DNA from: Auanema rhodensis
Lineage: Eukaryota > Animalia > Nematoda
Reading direction: 5' to 3'
NCBI GenBank assembly: GCA_964057225.1
Contig: OZ059900.1
Coordinates: forward strand, 4,650,001 to 4,714,000
Length of the DNA stretch: 64,000 nt
The stretch's first letter is position 1. Every line of letters begins with the position of its first letter. Below, in pieces: positions 1 through 12,600 of this stretch. The notes below the pieces were generated by a model. That model had not been told where the DNA came from and searched no databases. It saw nothing but the letters and a program-made list of their open reading frames with translations. Position numbers and translations under genes: made by a program.

Positions 1-1232
1 GCTACCTGTTCACAAAAAATTGGAACTCCTGGTTACCATGCATCGAACCCATTAAGATTGTGTTTCTAGACTAATATGACCATGGGAAATTCATTTAAGT
101 TCACAGTAGTCTTCTATCTTTAACGGTATCCGAGTTACAAATCAAGATCACTTTCTTTGGATACTTAGGTGGTATAGCTACCTGTTCACAAAAAATTGGA
201 AGTCTTGGTTACCATGCATCAAATCCTTTAAGATAGTGTTTCTAGACTAATATAACCATGGGGACTTTATTAATTTTCACAGTATTCTTTTATCTTTAAC
301 GGTATCCGAGTTACAAATCAAGATCACTTTCTTTGGATACTTAGGTGGTATAGCTACCTGTTCACAAAAAATTGGAAGTCCTGGTTACCATGCATCAAAC
401 CCATTAAGATTGTGTTTCTAGACTAATATGACCATGAGAAATTCATTTAAGTTCACAGTATTCTTCTATCTTTAACGGTATCCGAGTTACAAATCAAGAT
501 CACTTTCTTTGGATACTTAGGTGGTATAGCTACCTGTTCACAAAAAATTGGAAGTCCTGGTTACCATGCATCAAACCCATTAAGATTGTGTTTCTAGACT
601 AATATGACCATGGGAAATTCATTTAAGTTCACAGTAGTCTTCTATCTTTAACGGTATCCGAGTTACAAATCAAGATCACTTTCTTTGGATACTTAGGTGG
701 TATAGCTACCTGTTCACAAAAAATTGGAAGTCTTGGTTACCATGCATCAAATCCTTTAAGATAGTGTTTCTAGACTAATATAACCATGGGGACTTCATTA
801 ATTTTCACAGTATTCTTTTATCTTTAACGGTATCCGAGTTACAAATCAAGATCACTTTCTTTGGATACTTAGGTGGTATAGCTACCTGTTCACAAAAAAT
901 TGGAAGTCCTGGTTACCATCCATCAAACCCATTAAGATTGTGTTTCTAGACTAATATGACCATGATGACTTCATTAAATTTCACAGTATTCTTTTATCTT
1001 TAACGGTATCCGAGTTACAAATCAAGATCACTTTCTTTGGATACTTAGGTGGTATAGCTACCTGTTCACAAAAAATTGGAAGTCCTGGTTACCATCCATC
1101 AAACCCATTAAGATTGTGTTTCTAGACTAATATGACCATGATGACTTCATTAAATTTCACAGTATTCTTTTATCTTTAACGGTATCCGAGTTACAAATCA
1201 AGATCACTTTCTTTGGATACTTAGGTGGTATA

Positions 1233-3520
1233 GCTACCTGTTCACAAAAAATTGGAAGTCCTGGTTACCATGCATGAAACCCATTAAGATTGTGTTTCTA
1301 GACTAATATGACCATGATGACTTCATTAAATTTCACAGTATTCTTCTATCTTCAACGGTATCCGAGTTACAAATCAAGATCACTTTCTTTGGATACTTAG
1401 GTGGTATAGCTACCTGTTCACAAAAAATTGGACGTCTTGGTTACCATGCATCAAACCCATTAAGATTGTGTTTCTAGACTAATATGACCATGATGACTTC
1501 ATTAAATTTCACAGTATTCTTCTATCTTCAACGGTATCCGAGTTACAAATCAAGATCACTTTCTTTGGATACTTAGGTGGTATAGCTACCTGTTCACAAA
1601 AAATTGGAAGTCCTGGTTACCATGCATCAAACCCATTAAGATTGTGTTTCTAGACTAATATGACCATGATGACTTCATTGAAATTCACAGTATTCTTCTA
1701 TCTTCAACGGTATCCGAGTTACAAATCAAGATCACTTTCTTTGGATACTTAGATGGTATAGCTACCTGTTCACAAAAAATTCGAAGTCTTGGTTACCATG
1801 CATCAAATCCTTTAAGATAGTGTTTCTAGACTAATATAACCATGAGGACTTCATTAAATTTCACAGTCTTCTTCTATCTTCAACGGTATCCGAGTTACAA
1901 ATCAAGATCACTTTCTTTGGATACTTAGGTGATATAGCTACCTGTTCACAAAAAATTGGAAGTCCTGGTTACCATGCATCAAACCCATTAAGATTGTGTT
2001 TCTAGACTAATATGACCATGATGACTTCATTGAAATTCACAGTATTCTTCTATCTTCAACGGTATCCGAGTTACAAATCAAGATCACTTTCTTTGGATAC
2101 TTAGGTGGTATAGCTACCTGTTCACAAAAAATTGGAAGTCCTGGTTACCATGCATCAAACCCATTAAGATTGTGTTTCTAGACTAATATAACCATGGGAA
2201 ATTCATTTAAGTTCACAGTAGTCTTCTATCTTTAACGGTATCCGAGTTACAAATCAAGATCACTTTCTTTGGATACTTAGGTGGTATAGCTACCTGTTCA
2301 CAAAAAATTGGAAGTCCTGGTTACCATGCATCAAACCCATTAAGATTGTGTTTCTAGACTAATATAACCATGGGAAATTCATTTAAGTTCACAGTAGTCT
2401 TCTATCTTCAACGGTATCCGAGTTACAAATCAAGATCACTTTCTTTGGATACTTAGGTGGTATAGCTACCTGTTCACAAAAAATTGGAAGTCCTGGTTAC
2501 CATGCATGAAACCCATTAAGATTGTGTTTCTAGACTAATATGACCATGATGACTTCATTAAATTTCACAGTATTCTTCTATCTTCAACGGTATCCGAGTT
2601 ACAAATCAAGATCACTTTCTTTGGATACTTAGGTGGTATAGCTACCTGTTCACAAAAAATTGGACGTCTTGGTTACCATGCATCAAACCCATTAAGATTG
2701 TGTTTCTAGACTAATATGACCATGATGACTTCATTAAATTTCACAGTATTCTTCTATCTTCAACGGTATCCGAGTTACAAATCAAGATCACTTTCTTTGG
2801 ATACTTAGGTGGTATAGCTACCTGTTCACAAAAAATTGGAAGTCCTGGTTACCATGCATCAAACCCATTAAGATTGTGTTTCTAGACTAATATGACCATG
2901 ATGACTTCATTGAAATTCACAGTATTCTTCTATCTTCAACGGTATCCGAGTTACAAATCAAGATCACTTTCTTTGGATACTTAGATGGTATAGCTACCTG
3001 TTCACAAAAAATTCGAAGTCTTGGTTACCATGCATCAAATCCTTTAAGATAGTGTTTCTAGACTAATATAACCATGAGGACTTCATTAAATTTCACAGTC
3101 TTCTTCTATCTTCAACGGTATCCGAGTTACAAATCAAGATCACTTTCTTTGGATACTTAGGTGATATAGCTACCTGTTCACAAAAAATTGGAAGTCCTGG
3201 TTACCATGCATCAAACCCATTAAGATTGTGTTTCTAGACTAATATGACCATGATGACTTCATTGAAATTCACAGTATTCTTCTATCTTCAACGGTATCCG
3301 AGTTACAAATCAAGATCACTTTCTTTGGATACTTAGGTGGTATAGCTACCTGTTCACAAAAAATTGGAAGTCCTGGTTACCATGCATCAAACCCATTAAG
3401 ATTGTGTTTCTAGACTAATATAACCATGGGAAATTCATTTAAGTTCACAGTAGTCTTCTATCTTTAACGGTATCCGAGTTACAAATCAAGATCACTTTCT
3501 TTGGATACTTAGGTGGTATA
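1233..3520. repeat. Six-monomer block repeated at a 7-monomer offset (1232 bp): 1233-2288 matches 2465-3520
   Basis: Rare variants CATGAAAC 1276/2508, TTAGATGG 1753/2985 and ACAGTCTT 1868/3100 are each 1232 bp apart. Confidence 0.88.
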
Positions 3521-3641
3521 GCTACCTGTTCACAAAAAATTGGAAGTCTTGGTTACCATGCATCAAATCCTTTAAGATAGTGTTTCTAGACTAATATAAC
3601 CATGGGGACTTCATTAAATTTCACAGTATTCTTTTATCTTT

Positions 3642-6600
3642 AACGGTATCCGAGTTACAAATCAAGATCACTTTCTTTGGATACTTAGGTGGTATAGCTA
3701 CCTGTTCACAAAAAATTGGAAGTCCTGGTTACCATGCATCAAACCCATTAAGATTGTGTTTCTAGACTAATATGACCATGAGAAATTCATTTAAGTTCAC
3801 AGTATTCTTCTATCTTTAACGGTATCCGAGTTACAAATCAAGATCACTTTCTTTGGATACTTAGGTGGTATAGCTACCTGTTCACAAAAAATTGGAAGTC
3901 CTGGTTACCATGCATCAAACCCATTAAGATTGTGTTTCTAGACTAATATGACCATGGGAAATTCATTTAAGTTCACAGTAGTCTTCTATCTTTAACGGTA
4001 TCCGAGTTACAAATCAAGATCACTTTCTTTGGATACTTAGGTGGTATAGCTACCTGTTCACAAAAAATTGGAAGTCCTGGTTACCATGCATCAAACCCAT
4101 TAAGATTGTGTTTCTAGACTAATATGACCATGATGACTTCATTAAATTTCACAGTATTCTTTTATCTTTAACGGTATCCGAGTTACAAATCAAGATCACT
4201 TTCTTTGGATACTTAGGTGATATAGCTACCTGTTCACAAAAAATTGGAAGTCCTGGTTACCATGCATCAAACCCATTAAGATTGTGTTTCTAGACTAATA
4301 TGACCATGATGACTTCATTGAAATTCACAGTATTCTTCTATCTTCAACGGTATCCGAGTTACAAATCAAGATCACTTTCTTTGGATACTTAGGTGGTATA
4401 GCTACCTGTTCACAAAAAATTCGAAGTCTTGGTTACCATGCATCAAATCCTTTAAGATAGTGTTTCTAGACTAATATGACCATGATGACTTCATTGAAAT
4501 TCACAGTATTCTTCTATCTTCAACGGTATCCGAGTTACAAATCAAGATCACTTTCTTTGGATACTTAGGTGGTATAGCTACCTGTTCACAAAAAATTGGA
4601 AGTCCTGGTTACCATGCATCAAACCCATTAAGATTGTGTTTCTAGACTAATATAACCATGGGGACTTCATTAAATTTCACAGTATTCTTTTATCTTCAAC
4701 GGTATCCGAGTTACAAATCAAGATCAATTTCTTTGGATACTTAGGTGGTATAGCTACCTGTTCACAAAAAATTGGAAGTCCTGGTTACCATGCATCAAAC
4801 CCATTAAGATTGTGTTTCTAGACTAATATGACCATGATGACTTCATTAAATTTCACAGTATTCTTCTATCTTCAACGGTATCCGAGTTACAAATCAAGAT
4901 CAATTTCTTTGGATACTTAGGTGGTATAGCTACCTGTTCACAAAAAATTGGACGTCTTGGTTACCATGCATCAAACCCATTAAGATTGTGTTTCTAGACT
5001 AATATGACCATGATGACTTCATTAAATTTCACAGTATTCTTTTATCTTTAACGGTATCCGAGTTACAAATCAAGATCACTTTCTTTGGATACTTAGGTGG
5101 TATAGCTACCTGTTCACAAAAAATTGGAAGTCCTGGTTACCATGCATCAAACCCATTAAGATTGTGTTTCTAGACTAATATGACCATGGGAAATTCATTT
5201 AAGTTCACAGTAGTCTTCTATCTTTAACGGTATCCGAGTTACAAATCAAGATCACTTTCTTTGGATACTTAGGTGGTATAGCTACCTGTTCACAAAAAAT
5301 TGGAAGTCCTGGTTACCATGCATCAAACCCATTAAGATTGTGTTTCTAGACTAATATGACCATGGGAAATTCATTTAAGTTCACAGTAGTCTTCTATCTT
5401 TAACGGTATCCGAGTTACAAATCAAGATCACTTTCTTTGGATACTTAGGTGGTATAGCTACCTGTTCACAAAAAATTGGAAGTCCTGGTTACCATGCATC
5501 AAACCCATTAAGATTGTGTTTCTAGACTAATATGACCATGATGACTTCATTAAATTTCACAGTATTCTTTTATCTTTAACGGTATCCGAGTTACAAATCA
5601 AGATCACTTTCTTTGGATACTTAGGTGGTATAGCTACCTGTTCACAAAAAATTCGAAGTCTTGGTTACCATGCATCAAATCCTTTAAGATAGTGTTTCTA
5701 GACTAATATAACCATGGGGACTTCATTAAATTTCACAGTATTCTTCTATCTTCAACGGTATCCGAGTTACAAATCAAGATCACTTTCTTTGGATACTTAG
5801 GTGGTATAGCTACCTGTTCACAAAAAATTGGACGTCTTGGTTACCATGCATCAAACCCATTAAGATTGTGTTTCTAGACTAATATGACCATGATGACTTC
5901 ATTAAATTTCACAGTATTCTTTTATCTTTAACGGTATCCGAGTTACAAATCAAGATCACTTTCTTTGGATACTTAGGTGGTATAGCTACCTGTTCACAAA
6001 AAATTGGAAGTCCTGGTTACCATGCATCAAACCCATTAAGATTGTGTTTCTAGACTAATATGACCATGATGACTTCATTAAATTTCACAGTATTCTTTTA
6101 TCTTTAACGGTATCCGAGTTACAAATCAAGATCACTTTCTTTGGATACTTAGGTGGTATAGCTACCTGTTCACAAAAAATTCGAAGTCTTGGTTACCATG
6201 CATCAAATCCTTTAAGATAGTGTTTCTAGACTAATATAACCATGGGGACTTCATTAAATTTCACAGTATTCTTCTATCTTCAACGGTATCCGAGTTACAA
6301 ATCAAGATCACTTTCTTTGGATACTTAGGTGGTATAGCTACCTCTTCACAAAAAATTGGAAGTCCTGGTTACCATGCATCAAACCCATTAAGATTGTGTT
6401 TCTAGACTAATATGACCATGATGACTTCATTGAAATTCACAGTATTCTTCTATCTTCAACGGTATCCGAGTTACAAATCAAGATCACTTTCTTTGGATAC
6501 TTAGGTGGTATAGCTACCTGTTCACAAAAAATTGGAAGTCCTGGTTACCATGCATCAAACCCATTAAGATAGTGTTTCTAGACTAATATAACCAAGGGGA

Positions 6601-9600
6601 CTTCATTAAAATTAACAGTATTCTTCTATCTTCAACGGTATCCGAGTTACAAATCAAGATCACTTTCTTTGGATACTTAGGTGGTATAGCTACCTGTTCA
6701 CAAAAAATTGGAAGTCCTGGTTACCATGCATCAAACCCATTAAGATTGTGTTTCTAGACTAATATGACCATGATGACTTCATTAAATTTCACAGTATTCT
6801 TCTATCTTCAACGGTATCCGAGTTACAAATCAAGATCACTTTCTTTGGATACTTAGGTGGTATAGCTACCTGTTCACAAAAAATTGGAAGTCCTGGTTAC
6901 CATGCATCAAACCCATTAAGATTGTGTTTCTAGACTAATATGACCATGCTGACTTCATTGAAATTCACAGTATTCTTTTATCTTTAACGGTATCCGAGTT
7001 ACAAATCAAGATCACTTTCTTTGGATACTTAGGTGGTATAGCTACCTGTTCACAAAAAATTGGAAGTCCTGGTTACCATGCATCAAACCCATTAAGATTG
7101 TGTTTCTAGACTAATATGACCATGAGAAATTCATTAAATTTCACAGTATTCTTCTATCTTCAACGGTATCCGAGTTACAAATCAAGATCACTTTCTTTGG
7201 ATACTTAGGTGGTATAGCTACCTGTTCACAAAAAATTGGAAGTCTTGGTTACCATGCATCAAATCCTTTAAGATAGTGTTTCTAGACTAATATAACCATG
7301 AGAAATTCATTTAAGTTCACAGTATTCTTCTATCTTTAACGGTATCCGAGTTACAAATCAAGATCACTTTCTTTGGATACTTAGGTGGTATAGCTACCTG
7401 TTCACAAAAAATTGGAAGTCCTGGTTACCATGCATCAAACCCATTAAGATTGTGTTTCTAGACTAATATGACCATGATGACTTCATTAAATTTCACAGTA
7501 TTCTTCTATCTTCAACGGTATCCGAGTTACAAATCAAGATCACTTTCTTTGGATACTTAGGTGGTATAGCTACCTGTTCACAAAAAATTCGAAGTCTTGG
7601 TTACCATGCATCAAATCCTTTAAGATAGTGTTTCTAGACTAATATAACCATGGGGACTTCATTAAATTTCACAGTATTCTTCTGTCTTCAACGGTATCCG
7701 AGTTACAAATCAAGATCACTTTCTTTGGATACTTAGGTGGTATAGCTACCTGTTCACAAAAAATTGGACGTCTTGGTTACCATGCATCAAACCCATTAAG
7801 ATTGTGTTTCTAGACTAATATGACCATGATGACTTCATTAAATTTCACAGTATTCTTTTATCTTTAACGGTATCCGAGTTACAAATCAAGATCACTTTCT
7901 TTGGATACTTAGGTGATATAGCTACCTGTTCACAAAAAATTGGAAGTCCTGGTTACCATGCATCAAACCCATTAAGATTGTGTTTCTAGACTAATATGAC
8001 CATGATGACTTCATTGAAATTCACAGTATTCTTCTATCTTCAACGGTATCCGAGTTACAAATCAAGATCACTTTCTTTGGATACTTAGGTGGTATAGCTA
8101 CCTGTTCACAAAAAATTCGAAGTCTTGGTTACCATGCATCAAATCCTTTAAGATAGTGTTTCTAGACTAATATAACCATGGGGACTTCATTAAATTTCAC
8201 AGTATTCTTCTATCTTCAACGGTATCCGAGTTACAAATCAAGATCACTTTCTTTGGATACTTAGGTGGTATAGCTACCTCTTCACAAAAAATTGGAAGTC
8301 CTGGTTACCATGCATCAAACCCATTAAGATTGTGTTTCTAGACTAATATGACCATGATGACTTCATTGAAATTCACAGTATTCTTCTATCTTCAACGGTA
8401 TCCGAGTTACAAATCAAGATCACTTTCTTTGGATACTTAGGTGGTATAGCTACCTGTTCACAAAAAATTGGAAGTCCTGGTTACCATGCATCAAACCCAT
8501 TAAGATAGTGTTTCTAGACTAATATAACCAAGGGGACTTCATTAAAATTAACAGTATTCTTCTATCTTCAACGGTATCCGAGTTACAAATCAAGATCACT
8601 TTCTTTGGATACTTAGGTGGTATAGCTACCTGTTCACAAAAAATTGGAAGTCCTGGTTACCATGCATCAAACCCATTAAGATTGTGTTTCTAGACTAATA
8701 TGACCATGATGACTTCATTAAATTTCACAGTATTCTTCTATCTTCAACGGTATCCGAGTTACAAATCAAGATCACTCTCTTTGGATACTTAGGTGGTATA
8801 GCTACCTGTTCACAAAAAATTGGAAGTCCTGGTTACCATGCATCAAACCCATTAAGATTGTGTTTCTAGACTAATATGACCATGCTGACTTCATTGAAAT
8901 TCACAGTATTCTTTTATCTTTAACGGTATCCGAGTTACAAATCAAGATCACTTTCTTTGGATACTTAGGTGGTATAGCTACCTGTTCACAAAAAATTGGA
9001 AGTCCTGGTTACCATGCATCAAACCCATTAAGATTGTGTTTCTAGACTAATATGACCATGAGAAATTCATTAAATTTCACAGTATTCTTCTATCTTCAAC
9101 GGTATCCGAGTTACAAATCAAGATCACTTTCTTTGGATACTTAGGTGGTATAGCTACCTGTTCACAAAAAATTGGAAGTCTTGGTTACCATGCATCAAAT
9201 CCTTTAAGATAGTGTTTCTAGACTAATATAACCATGAGAAATTCATTTAAGTTCACAGTATTCTTCTATCTTTAACGGTATCCGAGTTACAAATCAAGAT
9301 CACTTTCTTTGGATACTTAGGTGGTATAGCTACCTGTTCACAAAAAATTGGAAGTCTTGGTTACCATGCATCAAATCCTTTAAGATAGTGTTTCTAGACT
9401 AATATAACCATAGGGACTTCATTAAAATTAACAGTATTCTTTTATCTTCAACGGTATCCGAGTTACAAATCAAGATCACTTTCTTTGGATACTTAGGTGG
9501 TATAGCTACCTGTTCACAAAAAATTGGAAGTCTTGGTTACCATGCATCAAATCCTTTAAGATAGTGTTTCTAGACTAATATGACCATGGGAAATTCATTT

Positions 9601-12600
9601 AAGTTCACAGTAGTCTTCTATCTTTAACGGTATCCGAGTTACAAATCAAGATCACTTTCTTTGGATACTTAGGTGGTATAGCTACCTGTTCACAAAAAAT
9701 TGGAAGTCCTGGTTACCATGCATCAAACCCATTAAGATTGTGTTTCTAGACTAATATGACCATGGGAAATTCATTTAAGTTCACAGTAGTCTTCTATCTT
9801 TAACGGTATCCGAGTTACAAATCAAGATCACTTTCTTTGGATACTTAGGTGGTATAGCTACCTGTTCACAAAAAATTGGAAGTCCTGGTTACCATGCATC
9901 AAACCCATTAAGATTGTGTTTCTAGACTAATATGACCATGATGACTTCATTAAATTTCACAGTATTCTTTTATCTTTAACGGTATCCGAGTTACAAATCA
10001 AGATCACTTTCTTTGGATACTTAGGTGATATAGCTACCTGTTCACAAAAAATTGGAAGTCCTGGTTACCATGCATCAAACCCATTAAGATTGTGTTTCTA
10101 GACTAATATGACCATGATGACTTCATTGAAATTCACAGTATTCTTCTATCTTCAACGGTATCCGAGTTACAAATCAAGATCACTTTCTTTGGATACTTAG
10201 GTGGTATAGCTACCTGTTCACAAAAAATTCGAAGTCTTGGTTACCATGCATCAAATCCTTTAAGATAGTGTTTCTAGACTAATATAACCATGGGGACTTC
10301 ATTAAATTTCACAGTATTCTTCTATCTTCAACGGTATCCGAGTTACAAATCAAGATCACTTTCTTTGGATACTTAGGTGGTATAGCTACCTGTTCACAAA
10401 AAATTGGACGTCTTGGTTACCATGCATCAAACCCATTAAGATTGTGTTTCTAGACTAATATGACCATGGGGACTTCTTTAAATTTCACAGTATTCTTCTA
10501 TCTTTAACGGTATCCGAGTTACAAATCAAGATCACTTTCTTTGGATACTTAGGTGATATAGCTACCTGTTCACAAAAAATTGGAAGTCCTGGTTACCATG
10601 CATCAAACCCATTAAGATTGTGTTTCTAGACTAATATGACCATGATGACTTCATTGAAATTCACAGTATTCTTCTATCTTCAACGGTATCCGAGTTACAA
10701 ATCAAGATCACTTTCTTTGGATACTTAGGTGGTATAGCTACCTGTTCACAAAAAATTGGAAGTCTTGGTTACCATGCATCAAACCCATTAAGATTGTGTT
10801 TCTAGACTAATATGACCATGGGGACTTCTTTAAATTTCACAGTATTCTTCTATCTTTAACGGTATCCGAGTTACAAATCAAGATCACTTTCTTTGGATAC
10901 TTAGGTGATATAGCTACCTGTTCACAAAAAATTGGAAGTCCTGGTTACCATGCATCAAACCCATTAAGATTGTGTTTCTAGACTAATATGACCATGATGA
11001 CTTCATTGAAATTCACAGTATTCTTCTATCTTCAACGGTATCCGAGTTACAAATCAAGATCACTTTCTTTGGATACTTAGGTGGTATAGCTACCTGTTCA
11101 CAAAAAATTCGAAGTCTTGGTTACCATGCATCAAATCCTTTAAGATAGTGTTTCTAGACTAATATAACCATGGGGACTTCATTAAATTTCACAGTATTCT
11201 TCTATCTTCAACGGTATCCGAGTTACAAATCAAGATCACTTTCTTTGGATACTTAGGTGGTATAGCTACCTGTTCACAAAAAATTGGAAGTCCTGGTTAC
11301 CATGCATCAAACCCATTAAGATTGTGTTTCTAGACTAATATGACCATGATGACTTCATTAAATTTCACAGTATTCTTCTATCTTCAACGGTATCCGAGTT
11401 ACAAATCAAGATCACTTTCTTTGGATACTTAGGTGGTATAGCTACCTGTTCACAAAAAATTGGAAGTCCTGGTTACCATGCATCAAACCCATTAAGATTG
11501 TGTTTCTAGACTAATATGACCATGCTGACTTCATTGAAATTCACAGTATTCTTTTATCTTTAACGGTATCCGAGTTACAAATCAAGATCACTTTCTTTGG
11601 ATACTTAGGTGGTATAGCTACCTGTTCACAAAAAATTGGAAGTCCTGGTTACCATGCATCAAACCCATTAAGATTGTGTTTCTAGACTAATATGACCATG
11701 ATGACTTCATTGAAATTCACAGTATTCTTCTATCTTCAACGGTATCCGAGTTACAAATCAAGATCACTTTCTTTGGATACTTAGGTGGTATAGCTACCTG
11801 TTCACAAAAAATTGGAAGTCTTGGTTACCATGCATCAAATCCTTTAAGATAGTGTTTCTAGACTAATATAACCATGGGGACTTCATTAAATTTCACAGTA
11901 TTCTTCTATCTTTAACGGTATCCGAGTTACAAATCAAGATCACTTTCCTTGGATACTTAGGTGGTATAGCTACCTGTTCACAAAAAATTGGAAGTCCTGG
12001 TTACCATGCATCAAACCCATTAAGATTGTGTTTCTAGACTAATATGACCATGAGAAATTCATTAAATTTCACAGTATTCTTCTATCTTCAACGGTATCCG
12101 AGTTACAAATCAAGATCACTTTCTTTGGATACTTAGGTGGTATAGCTACCTGTTCACAAAAAATTGGAAGTCTTGGTTACCATGCATCAAATCCTTTAAG
12201 ATAGTGTTTCTAGACTAATATAACCATGAGAAATTCATTTAAGTTCACAGTATTCTTCTATCTTTAACGGTATCCGAGTTACAAATCAAGATCACTTTCT
12301 TTGGATACTTAGGTGGTATAGCTACCTGTTCACAAAAAATTGGAAGTCCTGGTTACCATGCATCAAACCCATTAAGATTGTGTTTCTAGACTAATATGAC
12401 CATGATGACTTCATTAAATTTCACAGTATTCTTCTATCTTCAACGGTATCCGAGTTACAAATCAAGATCACTTTCTTTGGATACTTAGGTGGTATAGCTA
12501 CCTGTTCACAAAAAATTCGAAGTCTTGGTTACCATGCATCAAATCCTTTAAGATAGTGTTTCTAGACTAATATAACCATGGGGACTTCATTAAATTTCAC

